Shown: one piece after another, positions 40,030 through 53,289 of the stretch
Layout: the number at the start of each line of letters is the position of its first letter
How positions within the stretch are numbered: position 1 is the stretch's first letter
Source of the DNA: Octopus sinensis
Taxonomy: Eukaryota
DNA: 64,000 nt
NCBI RefSeq assembly: GCF_006345805.1
Contig: NC_042997.1
Location: 64,356,001 to 64,420,000, forward strand
Direction of reading: 5' to 3'
Notes under the pieces: generated by a model
What the model was told of the DNA's origin: nothing
What the model saw: the letters and a program-made list of their open reading frames with translations, nothing else
The model's database searches: none
Position numbers and translations under genes: made by a program

Positions 40030-42249
40030 GGTAAATCAGACATTGGCAGGCTTAGTAAATCTATCCTTGATACTGTTCTACCCCAAATAACCCCTTTTCT
40101 TCCCTTACGTCTATGGCTAAATACCGATGAGTTATTAAAATGGTTTAACTCTCTAACTAATACTAGTAGTCTGTCCTTTATTCAGTTCGATATAAATAGT
40201 TACTACTCTAGTATTTCCCCTATTTTGCTAAATAAAGCACTTATATTTGCTATGAATCGCTCCCTCATATCTAGAGAGGAAATCGACATTGTGCTATTAG
40301 CTACAAAAACATTTATTGAATTTGAAGAAAAGTTATGGACTAGAGCAGATACACCTAATTATTTCGATATACCCATGGGTTCCAGTGATTCGGCTGAGGT
40401 GACTAACTTGGTAGGCGCGTATCTATTAAAATGCATAAGTAAGGAGATCCCGGAATTACAAGGTGGTTTATAAAGGGACGATGCTCTGTTTGTTTTCCCT
40501 AGTAATAATAAATCTAGCATTGAAAGGATTAGAAAGAAAATTAATAAGTTCTTTAAGGATTTCAACCTTAGCATAACGTATGAACCTGGCACTAAAATAG
40601 TCAATTTCCTAGATATTACATTAGACCTTAACTCTAAGCTGCATTACCCATTTAGAAAGGAAGGTGAAATCACGAGATACGTAAATAAATTATCCAATCA
40701 TCCCCCAAATATAATTGAGTCTTTAGTCGGAAATATTTCCTTAAGAATCTCGAAATTATCATCCAATAATGATATATTTAACTCTCATTCTGAGCATTAT
40801 AATGCGGCGTTATCTAAGGCAGGATACAACCAAAAGATTACCTTTATTGATAAGGGGAGCTTACATATTCCTAATAAAGAAGATATCAGTAACCACGTAA
40901 ACAACAATATAGACCACGCCCGAAATAAAAGTAGAAATAGATTTACGGTAACTGCAAATCTAGCGTACAAGCCTAATCATACAAATAAAAACATAGACCA
41001 AAGCATAGGTAACTCGGATAAAATCAAATTAGATAAATCAAAGAAGCATACAAATAATAGTAATAAATACAATGACTCTGGTGAGATTAGTAATAATCCA
41101 ACTAACCCTAATTCTAGTTCAAAGAAAATTTAATAAGAAAGATATAATCTGGCTGAATATTCCTTTCAACTGAGCGATTCTATCGGATATACAAAGCAAA
41201 TTCAAAGTAATTCTGGAAAAAATTTCCCAGCCTCTCATAGATATCATAGAATTATTTCTAAAAAAACAGTTAGGATTTCTTATTCAACCCTCCCAAATAT
41301 GTCCACTTTAATAGCTAAGATTAATAATAATAACATTAAGCTAGCCAGGAAAGCTAAAACTAATACCAACATGAATACCAATAACAATTGTAATAATACT
41401 ATCAAAAATAAAAGCAATAAACGCAACAATAGTAACTATCAAAACACAGGTAGAATCAATAACCATGGAATAACTAATAATAATATTAATATTAATAGGA
41501 GTAATAATGTTAATAATAGGAATAATGCTAATAGAGAAGATACTGGGAATGAAGACATCATTGATATCTATAACAACAATATACATTCGGATGCAAATAC
41601 TAGCAATAATAGTAACAATACCAATAATGTAAGTAATCATGGTAGGACTTTAGAACTAAATGATAGTGTAAAAGGATCGATAAATGATAACACTGCTTTA
41701 GATAACAACATTAACTATAATAATAATAATAATAATAACGATAAATATACTCATGGTAATCAGAATAACAAGAACATGAGACATCTATCCATAAATAATC
41801 CAACATCTGAAGATGATCCCCCTACGTGTAATTGTAGAATTAGGTAAAAATGCCCGGCACCTGGTCTGTGCGCGGTAAGTAACGTAATCTATAAATGTAC
41901 CATAACTACTGAGAATAGCAAATTTCTTTATTTAGGTTGTACTGTAAATTTTAGGAAAAGAATTAGCAATCATATCTCCTCTTTTAAGTTACGTCATAAG
42001 GCTGGTACCACCACACTTTCAAGTAAGATCTGGGAACTCAAAAATAATAATATTAAATATAACCTTAATTGGGAAATAGTTAGAAGAGCAATGCTTTATA
42101 AAAAGAACAGGGTTGGTTGCCAACTCAGCTCCATGGAGACGTATGAAATTCTAATGCATAGAAAAAATAGGAATTTGTTAAATAACCGTATAGAACTGGG
42201 TCAATCTTTTATTCACGCAAAAATGAAGACTCTAAAATATTTTAAATAA
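40030..42249 (+). pseudogene. PLE polyprotein remnant: RT, Asn-rich linkers, Cys cluster, GIY-YIG endonuclease
   Basis: Mostly one frame: KSDIGRLSK..FIQFDINSYY..FDIPMGSSDSAEV..GL*RDD..VNFLDITL..SNHPP..AGY..SYSTLPNM..CNCR..CP..GLC..NVIY..YLG..RISNH..W..LLNNR. Stops at 40471, 41171 and 41845 and a compensating frameshift pair near 41127 and 41218. Confidence 0.92.
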
Positions 42250-42408
42250 AAACCGTATAGAATAATCGTATGGAGATAGATCTATCTTGCTTTTACTAGT
42301 AAAGCAAAACTCTAATATTTTTTTAATAGATAACTGCGAGCTCTTACACTATGGTTATTTCTTTCTTTCTAACTGCACCTGATTTTGAACATAAAGAAAT
42401 AAATAGTA

Positions 42409-42782
42409 GGCGCAGGAGTGGCTGTGTGGTAAGTAGCTTGCTAACCAACCACACGGTTGCGGGTTCAGTCCCACTGCGTGGCATCTTGGGCAAGTGTCTT
42501 CTGCTATAGCCCTGAGCCGACCAATGGCTTGTGAGTGGATTTGGTAGACGGAAACTGAAAGAAGCCTGTCGTATATATGTATATATATGTATATGTGTGT
42601 GTGTTTGTGTGTCTGTGTTTGTCCCCCTAGCATTGCTTGACAACCGATGCTGGTGTGTTTACGTCCCCGTCACTTAGCGGTTCGGCAAAAAGAGACCGAT
42701 AGAATAAGTACTAAAAAAGGTGGTGCTCCAGCATGGCCGCAGTCAGATGACTGAAACAAGTAAAAGAGTAAAAGAGAGAGTA
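42409..42782 (+). mobile_element. tRNA-derived SINE family B inserted in the PLE 3' region
   Basis: GGCGCAGGAGTGGCTGTGTGGT head, GGTTCAGTCCC B box, GAGTAAAA tail; short internal deletion relative to 21186-21609. Confidence 0.9.
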
Positions 42783-43751
42783 TTTGTACGTTGCCTAAAA
42801 AAGTTTAATTGACTATATAGTTAATTTAATTTAATCTAATTTTAATCTAATTTAGGTAACACAACTTAAATCAAATAAGTTACTAATATTTCATAATTCT
42901 ATTATAAAGTTAAGTAATGCTACTCCCTTAAAAGTAGTATAAGAAATTTCAATATGATAAGCAATTCTCTCACACCTTGTAAATGACCTCTAGGTATAGA
43001 CCTAGTCTGTCATTGTATAAACAGTATCAATAATATAAACAGTAACAATAATAAATAAATTAATTAAATGACCTCCTTCTAGTATTGCACTTATTTCTCT
43101 TAATGTACTCTCCTCTAATGATAGCCTTTGACCCCTTTATCCCTTCCCTTGTTCTCTTTAGATTCTTATATCTGCTTTAGCTCCGTCGGATTGGCAATTA
43201 GTAGCTGTATACTGGTCAAAAATAATGTTCTCCTTTATAATTCTTAGATTCCTGCAAATTCTAAGCCAGACTGTCTGTCTCCACAGAAAGAGACTTTTCT
43301 GTGTAGGTGGGTACCTGCGACCCCTTCCCTCTCAGTTATCCCAGTATGCTCTATGTGGGCGGTTTTTCTTTTTCTTTTCTTTGCTCCACAAAATTCCTTC
43401 AGCCTTTAAAATTCTAACATAGCAGTTTTGTGAAATGAACAGAGGTGTGACAAGTATCTTATATAGCAGGAAATTATACCCACCTTATTGTGGATTAATC
43501 ATGGATAGATTCATCGTCTGTGAGTATGAAATAGCTCCTCATATCTCCGGTAATTTGCACCTACATTATGGATTGATTTACTTTCTCTGTGAAGCTAACA
43601 AGCTTTTTTTAAAACCTGTTATAAGACTGTGCATCATCATTTGAGAACTTTGGAAGTCTGCTTACAACCTAAATTTGCTTTTTATAGAACTATCTCCGAT
43701 ACTTCATGAGTGTAGCCTCATCCACTAGGATGCTTGGAGAACTCATATGTG

Positions 43752-43843
43752 TTTTGGCTGATGAGTACGGGACACTTGTATTTGCTGCAATATTTGCAGC
43801 TATTAATAAAGCTTGTCTTTGTATGAAACAATTGCACTGAAAA
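43752..43843 (+). ncRNA. Hammerhead motif in the 3' pLTR with a U16.1-to-C substitution
   Basis: TTTTGG-CTGATGA-GTAC..GTAT-GAAAC-AATT-GCA-CTGAAAA; C at 43835 replaces the conserved U. Confidence 0.7.
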
Positions 43844-43871
43844 ACTAATCCATTCTTGTTGCTGTTTTCTC

Positions 43872-44010
<139 letters not shown>

Positions 44011-44848
44011 GATATATACACATACATATACTTATATATAGAGAGAGATATGTGCCTGTAGGTATATATGTACGTGTATGTTTGTGAGTGCGTATGTGTG
44101 TGTAAGAGTGCACTTTTATGGGTCTCTGTTTATTTATTAGTGTGTGTAATTCCATGAGAATTTATTGCTTTAACTTTCTGTCGTCAGTATATGCAATCAA
44201 TAAAGATGAAAAACAAGACCAACGACACCAGCAGATCACTACCAAAAAAAGAGCAAAATATAACAAAAATTGTGAAAACATTTTATGAAGTACTGTAAGA
44301 GAAACCGTAAATGAAACAGTAACCAATATGAAAAAATTTGAATTGAAACGTTGTTATAAATTTCTTATTTACTGTATTTATTATCTTCTTTTAATTTAAT
44401 TATGCAATACGACTTGATTTGGATCGATATCAGTTCTTTAAACAAAGCTCTATTGGATATTACTGAAAAGGAGTTCACATACACTTGTCTCTTTTAAATA
44501 TACTAGAAAACTTAATTCGTTGTTTATTTACAGCGTGTTACATTTTTCAAGGAAATAAAATATAGTGTTCATAGGAATAATGCAAATAAAGGACGAAATA
44601 TTGTAGAATCCATGTACAATTGATCAAAGTATTTATTATTGTTGTTCGTTGGATACAAAAGTATTGATTGACTGATAAATTAGACCTAAGATTCAAGAGG
44701 TTATATCTATAATTATGCATCAGAATGGTAGTATATTTGTTTGTGTCTAGCTTATTAGTGTATTGATAATTGATATATGCCTTGTGTGTACGTATGCATT
44801 TTACCTCTCGTATTTACACACACACACACACACACACATACATATATA

Positions 44849-44893
<45 letters not shown>

Positions 44894-45239
44894 TATATAT
44901 ACACACATATATATACAGACATATGTATATACATCTCCAAATGCATATACATATTTATATATATCTATATATATTTGTGTGTGTATACTAAATTGTGTGA
45001 CTCTGGTTCCGCAAAAGTGTATATGTGTGTCGGTGTGCAATAATAAACGAGAAGGGGGTAATTATACGGAATACTTTACTGTAATCGTCCCTTTATATTT
45101 ATAGAACATTCAGTTGTAATCTCTAGGTTTCTCTATCGTTCACACACAAGTTTATATATGTATGAATACACACATATACACATGCGCCTCCTATACATAT
45201 ATTTAAATGTATTTACAGTTTCCTCAAAAGCCTTCTCAC

Positions 45240-45670
45240 AATTGTACCTATCGAGAACTTGAACTTGCCCATTTGACAGGGCGTGTAAGATAAACACGGT
45301 TGTATACGACGGAGAATTAACAGCTACGCTTCAGTTTAATAAAAGAACTACATCAGGTTATGGGAAAGCGATTTCAAAAACCGTTATGCAAACCACCACT
45401 TTCGAAACATCTGCAAAAGTAATAACACTATACCTTCTAGCCGTCTACGGCACTTGAAGACCAATTCCACACCACATACGACCAGGTGGAGAATCGGAAA
45501 GAAATCTAAACCACATGTTAATGGATCTAAGAAATGCTCACTGATGCATGGCACAAGCAACATATTTTCTCTCCAGATCCAATAATATAGCACTACACTG
45601 CTAAATTTGACGACTGACATATTTAGTAGGCGCACTTACATGGACAAGTTTCCTTTGACGAACTAGAGAA
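45240..45670 (+). mobile_element. PLE GIY-YIG C-terminal remnant (third element)
   Basis: Manual translation: TCPFDRAC..TVVY / YIRLWESDFKNRYANH..RW.IGKKSKP..NGSKKC.L..LLN..DIFS..KFPL, matching the order of motifs at 41830-42249. Confidence 0.75.
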
Positions 45671-46740
45671 TATCACACTCTACAGATTGAGAAATGGTTT
45701 TGTAGACTGCCAAATTTTTAATCATATTACTCTGCACCAATTGCATTAATTATGGTTTCTGCAATCGCGAGGGCGGTGAACATAGTTTTCTGGCTTCGAT
45801 GTACATTCCGAAAAAGCAGAATTTTAAAAATGAAATAAAATAAAATTAATTTTCTAAAAAATACAGTAGAATTAGCGTAGTTAGTCATCCCTAGGAAAAA
45901 ATTGAATGAAATAAATTTAATGCTAATTAATTTTACATATGATTTATTAGTCAGATTGAATTCTTTTTAATGTGGAAGAATTAACTGAGCGGATGGTTGT
46001 TGTGAAACCATTTAATGACCATTCTACTGCAATCAATTTTTTTTTGTAATGGGACTTCAATTGAAGTGAAAACTAAGTATTGTGCAATATTATTCACAAC
46101 TTCATATTTTATTGTTTGTACTTGAAACAACTACATAAAAATACTATTTTAATTGTATATTTCAAAGGACATGATTTTTAAAAACATTTTTTACATTTCC
46201 ATTTTTGATTAGTTCTGTACCATGTTTTAAAGATTTGCTTCTTTTTTAGATTCTAATATTAAATAAAATGAATTATCTCATATGTGCTAAAATTCCATAT
46301 TATAATCCAATTTTCATAAAACAATTTAAAGCTGTAATTTCTATAAATCAAATATCATCCACGTATTGTCAAAAATGCAAAAGCAGCCAATGTATCCATC
46401 GTAAGAGAGCAGGAACTACCTGTTCTGGTTAGGGCAAAGTTAGTTTGCTAGTCGAAATCCATTCATAGTATCTGAAAGCAAACATCTTGTCAATTTACCC
46501 TAACCTAATAATAATGTAAATTCTGCTACTCTTGATCTTGAATTAAAGTTTAAAAGCAAAGAAAAGACTTAGTAAGACGTCAGAAGTTCTTGCAACTTTG
46601 GTTGTCGTAATGTTTTGCATTCATTTGTTTAAAAAAATGTTCTTCGTCGTATAATTTTGCTTTCATTTTGTGAAAATGCCAGCTTCTAAACCTTATTTTC
46701 TGATTAAATGAAAATGATTAAACAGATTTTTGCTATAAGC

Positions 46741-46761
46741 ATGTATGTATGTATGTATGTG

Positions 46762-46793
<32 letters not shown>

Positions 46794-46836
46794 TGTATGT
46801 ATGTATGTATGTATGTATGTATGTATGTATGTATGC
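46741..46836. repeat. (TATG)n microsatellite
   Basis: Read directly. Confidence 0.95.
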
Positions 46837-47449
46837 ATGCATGTATGCATGTATGCATATATGTACGCACGTATGTATATATATGTGTGTGTGTCTGTGC
46901 GCGACTGTTTAGTTACGATGGACACCAGAAAACAGTCCAGTTGTCATCAATTTTTGTCAACGTACCCTCTTCTCCCCTTGAAGCTAAGTATTCATCACAC
47001 TCACCTTTTTTTCTCCTTATGGGCGCTTTAAAAGTTAGTTATGTGTATGTGTGTGTGTGTGTGTATGCATGCAATATTTATGAGTGTGTGTGTATTTATG
47101 AAAATATCATGCAGCGTCGCGTGTACATCCCTGAACTTGATTTCAGGCGTTATTCTACCCTTTTTGGCCTCACACGTTTGAAATCTTAATTTTTTCTACT
47201 GAACTAAATTTTCATTTGTTTTAGCTCGAAATGTACCTCTAGTGTGACCAATCTCAAACCTCATCTAATCTGGCTCAAAACTGATCCAGAAAGAAAGCCT
47301 AGAAGTGGTGTAAAGAATATTATTCACACACTTCCGCGTGTGAGTGATATTTATCACAATATATATTTATTACAATATAGTGTATTCTATATGAGCTAGA
47401 TATTTGCAAGATAACTAAATACTGAATAAAATCAATCATTTTGCAATAT

Positions 47450-47665
47450 TGCTCTCCAATTTTGGCTGAAGGCCGTCAAATCGGGTGTGGAGGGAAGTTG
47501 ATTACATAGATCTCGTGCTCAGCTAATACTCATTTTATCGAGTACAGAAAAGATAAGAGGCAAAGACGACTTTGGCGGAATTTGAACTCAGAATGTAGAG
47601 ACAGATGAAATGCCTCGAAGCTTTCATCCTGCGTGCTAACGACTCTGCGAGCTTGTCGTCTTAGT
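47450..47665 (-). mobile_element. Degenerate SINE family A
   Basis: GGCGGAATTTGAACTCAGAA and GTGCTAACGACTCTGC are reverse matches to the family head. Confidence 0.75.
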
Positions 47666-48529
47666 ACTGTAATAAGTAACAATATTAATTCAAAATTATT
47701 TTTACGTACTTTTGGCATATGTAGCTAATATAATAACTTTTTTTTATATTTCGAATACTTTTTGAAAACATTAGCACCGCGAGAGATTTTTAAAAATGTT
47801 TACTCAAAAACAAAATGTTTAGGCTTTGAATTTGCTTTCCCGCGTTACCACTCTTTTCTGCACATTTGATCCCAATAGTTTTTAACTTGAATTTTATCTA
47901 TATTAGAAACATGGGATTCATATAGTCGGGATGTATCAGAAAAGTAAAATTTAAATATAGTTTTCTTCTGAACGAAGAACAATATTTGGAGTCAAAGTCA
48001 ATATCTGGTGTTAATCTCGTTATTTATTTTGCCCTTTTATACCTTAGTACATTTTTCTACTAAATACTTTTGCATATAACTCAGATAGATTCCAGTCGAC
48101 GAGATCTATCATATATACTGTTATAAAATATAGATTTATTTATATAAAATATTTAGACTCAAAGTCGTTTTCAAGCTTTATTCTCCGGTTTGTGACCTCA
48201 CATATTTGAGTCAAACTCTTTTTGTACTGAACCAATCTTTAATTGATTTAGCTAGAAAGCTAACTTATGATGTAGCCAATCTAAAACTGTAAGCATCATC
48301 TAATTTGGTTAAACACTGAGTTACGGACAGAGTCTAGAAATAGTTGTGAATCAGTAAAATTTGACCTTAGGAATGTTATTTACACACGGCAGTGTGTGAA
48401 TGATGTATATGCATATATGTGTGTGTATCAATTAAATTACGAATTAAAAGCAGCTTTGTTAATGTGATAAATATGTTATTTATCTCATTAAATTACGCAT
48501 TAAATTATTTATTACATTGTTAATGTAAT

Positions 48530-49020
48530 AAATATTGATTGCATCGCTATGTTGACTACATCCATTTCTAAAACGATTTGCCATGAAATAGCATCTGGGA
48601 TAGATCACTGGACAACGCTGTGTGTTAAAAAAACACCTGCTGAGGATAGGCCGGGCAAGATATAACAATCACGTTATCTTGAACATGCGGCATTGTCCAG
48701 GAAGCTGTCACAGATGCTGTCCGCAGCAAATCAGCTTCTAAGTATAATATATCCACTGTATATGAGCGAGCGACATTGTTTCCATTCCCGGAGTTGCCTT
48801 TAATTCATAATTTAATTTGCTTTCACATTTGCTTAGGCGTGGCTCATCAGCAAATAAAATTCACTGCATTTGTATTTAAATCAGAGATCAGTGGTGTCAA
48901 TATTGTCAGGTCGATTCAGGTGCTTGTCATTCATGTGCCACAATAATGGAGAAATGTCGGTATCTACCCATCCCGAATTTCGATCCAGAGCGCGTGATGA
49001 CGACTAGTCTACGGCATTCA
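48530..49020 (-). mobile_element. Heavily decayed Tc1/mariner transposase fragments
   Basis: Minus-strand peptides ILFADEPR (FSDE-like), FLDNAA (DNA-like) and SSDLS (SPDL-like) occur in the expected order. Confidence 0.4.
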
Positions 49021-49299
49021 GGTGTTCATTAACACGGAGATATGTCCAGGAAGGAAGCTACCTCAAACGCTATTATACACACGCATACACACACACAAAC
49101 ACACACACAATAACATATTGAGCTTTTAATCCCTACACATTTTATTCTCCCTGTTTTTTGGATTCTCTCTTCATTTTTCCTTCTACCCATATATATATAT
49201 ATATGCGTGTCTGTGTTTGTGTGTGTGTGTGTATGTGCATTTAACTGCAATATTTATATAGTAAATTCTGAAAATTTATTTCGGTGATGTAAGTGTAAA

Positions 49300-50741
49300 T
49301 ATTCCAAGAGATGCTGGTTTAAATCTGAGACTCAAACTGCAGGTAACCTTTAAACTTTCCCTGAAATGAGACGCCAACACGCAAAGGCCTGGTATGCCCT
49401 GGGTCACAGTAGCAAATAATTGTCAGGAAAACCGGAATGCACATGCATCTCGTGGACGTTATGGGTATAAAAATCAACATGAACCGCATTCCTGGAATTC
49501 ATAATTTGGACGCAAGAGATAAGACCCGATTGTCAGCAGCGCAGAGAGAACAAGCTATCGGCCGAATATAAGCAGGGCAGCGTGTTCTGGTTGTTTCGAA
49601 AGCTTACAATGTTCATGTTAGCACCATCTATCACCTGCAACAGCGATGCAACACATCAAATGCACTTGAGAACGGCCCGCATAGAGTGCCACACCCTCAC
49701 ACAGGGTAACCATGCTTAGACATGATCAATTCATCCGGCTCCATGATTGCTTCAGACTGGCCAGCGTGACAGTTCACGAGATCGTTGGCACTGGGCAGCG
49801 ACCAATCAGCGACAACACCGTAAGAAGTCGACTGGCCTCCAACAACCTGCGTTGCTGTCGCCCAACTCGAGGGCCTGTCCTCACCACTCGCCACATTCAG
49901 GCTCGACTACAGTGGGCTACACAGCTCCGACATTGGTTGCATCAACAATGGAGGTCGATAGTCTTCTCTGACGAGAGCCGGTACTGCCTTCCCACCTCGG
50001 ATGGCAGAGTGAGAGTGTGGCGTAGAAGGGATGAACACTACAAAGGCGCAGGTATCATGGAGAGAGACGTGTGGGGTGACGAAGGCATCGTGGTTTCGAG
50101 TGCTACTGGTCTGAATCAGTGAAGTAGGCCCCATGTCTTCCAAAATCTTGGTGCAGGCCGAGGAAATAGCATCACCGTGCAGCGCTACGTTGATCAGATC
50201 CTTAAGACCTCAAATCGTGACATTCTTTGCATATCACCATAGCCACGTGTTCCTGTAGGACAATGCTCCTTCCCATACGGCCAGTGTCACCATGGACTTT
50301 CTGCGTCAGCACAACATCAGAAACATACTGTGGTCGGATCTTATCCTGGATTTGATCCCAATTGTATACATGTGGGATGAAATCCAGAAACAGCTGACCC
50401 CAAGGCATGCAAATCAGATGCAACTGGAGGCAGCTTTCTACAGGGTGTGATCACAGGTTCCAATGGATTTCGTGAACCATATCATGCACTCCAAGTACCG
50501 ACAGCGTATGGCAGTTTTGAACACCCAGGGAGGGAATACCTGGTACTAAACATGTCACGCTCTACAATCTCGACGTGCTGGTTCAGCCCACAACCAGAAC
50601 ACAGGACAACAACCCATAGACTGTGGTGAAAATGCATCCAACAAATTGACTTTATAAGACTTATGAAAATTTATAACTGACATAATGATATTAAAACATT
50701 TCACAGTCACACACGTCTCGCGTTTATTTTGCGGTTCAGTG
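49300..50741 (+). mobile_element. Tc1 (DD34E-family) transposon, pseudogenised; right TIR present
   Basis: Transposase about 49519-50549: RLSAAQREQAIGR, ISDNTVRSRL, IVFSDESRY, DGRVRVWRR, DNAPSH, terminal GGNTWY*. Ends ..GCGGTTCAGTG|TA; left TIR not found. Confidence 0.9.
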
Positions 50742-51772
50742 TATATACATGCTTGCATGTTAGTATAAAAACTGGCATATATGTATGTATGTGCTAGTTT
50801 GTAGATACATTTAACACTTGTTACAGCACAATCTGCTTCTAAACTTTGTGCAGATATTATTGTTCATGTTTTCGGTCTTGTACATGATACTGTATTGAAA
50901 ATATTTTATGACATTTAAGAGACCATAATATTTTTTCAAATTTCCTCTTTGTTCCTATATATGTGAATGTTTAAATAGATCCGTGTGTGCGCGTATCTCA
51001 TGTTTATCCCTCCCTGCATGTATGTACCCATAAGTTATGGTGTGTATGCGATTGCATTTATCTGTATATGTATATATGTTTATACTTTGAGTGAAAAATA
51101 TATTTAGCAAACGATATCAGGGATGGATGTAGCCTAACATTTGCACTTTTATAACCAGATGCCATTAAATTTTACTGGTATGGATCCAAGCAAAACCGCA
51201 CAATATTCATTTGCCTTGGGCAAGAAATATTTATCGCAAAAGATTTGGCTTTTGATCTGTTTCATTTTACCATATACTCTCCTGTTTACGAGTTCTGCAT
51301 TGTGTTATCATTTCTTTTAATACAAAAGGAAATAAGAACAGAAGAGATAAATTTTGAAAATAAACTCCAGAAAACATAACTAGTTACAATTCCCAATATA
51401 TTGCTACAACTGCTTTTGTCTAATAGCATATAATCAGTATTATCGAAAGTTTCTCCTTTTTTTCCCAGAAATATCTACGAAAGGGGGTTAAGTGACTAAC
51501 ACAGTTATGTTTATATTTGTGTATTGATTGTCTTGCTGAATCATTCTCGTCCTGGGCACATTTGAAGCGTGTGGTTATTTTAACCTCAAACCATTTTAAA
51601 AATTAGATTACATATACTTAACATTCAAATTAATATTTAATAACAATGTTTTCACTGTAACTACGATGAACAAAATCTGCATTTCCCGTTTATACATATA
51701 TTTGTGATGTCTCCCTGTGTGGGTACTTTATATACATATGTTTATGTGCATGTATATATGCATGCATTTATA

Positions 51773-51871
51773 TGTGTGTCTATCTATATATAATATTTAT
51801 TACGTGCTTAATATCTATATTGTGTGTCTATCTATATATAATATTTATTACGTGCTTAATATGTTACGTGC

Positions 51872-51878
<7 letters not shown>
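51773..51878. repeat. Local tandem duplication with a period of about 48 bp
   Basis: TGTGTGTCTATCTATATATAATATTTATTACGTGCTTAATAT occurs twice, plus a partial third TTACGTGCTTAATAT. Confidence 0.85.
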
Positions 51879-51917
<39 letters not shown>

Positions 51918-51973
51918 ATAATATATATATCGACAGATAGATAGATAGATAGAATAATAGATAGATAGATAGG

Positions 51974-52039
<66 letters not shown>

Positions 52040-52084
52040 TGGTGGCTCTTTCAGACATGCCATGTGTTACACAGACAACCACAT

Positions 52085-52945
52085 TTACTAGCTATTCCTG
52101 CGACATAAAAGTAGTACGCGTTCTGATGCTGATCTTCTACAGAGAGACCTAAGTGCTATATCTAAATGGGCTGAGAAAACAACATGCCATTTAATGCAGT
52201 CAAATTCCAATCTGTTCGCTACCAGCTAATTGGTGCTCAGGACTCACTACAACGATACTTTGGACCAAGAAGAGCGGCAATCCCAGAATCACATCTTAAG
52301 ATGTCTCAATCTTAGGATTGACTTGAGCAACGACGCCTCGCTTCACATGCATATCATCAAGATGGTGGCAATGTGCAAGTGAATGGGCGGATGGATTCCG
52401 AGAAACTTCGGAACGAGGACCCAGGAAACTACACTGGCCCTATGGAGGACATTTGTCCTTAGCCGTCTGGAGCACTGCTCTCAACTACGATCACCTTACA
52501 GTTTCGATTAATAGCAGATGTTGAGGCGGTTCACACGTACTACCCGAGGAAGAAGATTGCATCAATGGAACAGCTGAGCTACTGGGAGAGACTGAAAGGG
52601 CTGCGACTATTCTCCGTGGATAGAAGACCTGAAAGGTATGCAGTAATATATGTATGGAAAATAAGGAAGAGGCTGGCACCAAGCTTTAGAATTTAGAGTT
52701 TTACTAGACCTCGAATTGGACATCACTGCACTGTTATAAAAGTCTCAGGTATCTAAGTTGACAACCATGTATGCAATAGCTTGGAATGCAAGGGATTGCA
52801 CTTATTTAACACCTTGTCAAAACATCTGAGGGATTTCTATGGATTTGGGGTAAAGGTTTTCAAAAAACAGCTTGACCTCTTGCTATCCAAGATCCCAGAT
52901 GAACCAATATCGAGGTAGGAAACTCGCTCCTTCCCCAAAATCCAC
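52085..52945 (+). mobile_element. CR1-group LINE 3' end (RT C-terminus), decayed
   Basis: LQRDLSAISKWAEK, FNAVKFQ, LWRTFVLSRLEHCSQL, LSYWERLKGLRLFSV, ERYAVIYVWK, LDLLLSKIPDEP. Confidence 0.8.
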
Positions 52946-53224
52946 TCACATAGAATTGGGCAATTACAAGTTAATTACACTGGTAGCACCCTAGTGTAAC
53001 CACAACCTTCGAACTAAAACAGATAAAAGAATATATATATATATATATATATATCTGTGTGTGTGTGGTTGTCAGCATCACTATTATTAGTTATATTCGT
53101 ATGACTATTAATAGTAATGAAGTTATAGATATTCCATATACATATATAAACATATGTATATCCATATCTATCTATTTATCTGCCTCTCTCTCGCACTCTT
53201 TCTGTGTATATATATATATGTGTG

Positions 53225-53289
<65 letters not shown>

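Noticed and set aside
39740-40038. Several A/G differences between the inverted arms as a possible A-to-I editing footprint
   Set aside because: Too few sites, transitions dominate neutral change anyway, and direction is unknown without a consensus.
41165-41180. In-frame TGA in the PLE ORF as possible selenocysteine
   Set aside because: It is not at a Cys-motif position, the other stops are TAA, and I saw no SECIS-like hairpin; simple decay is more likely.
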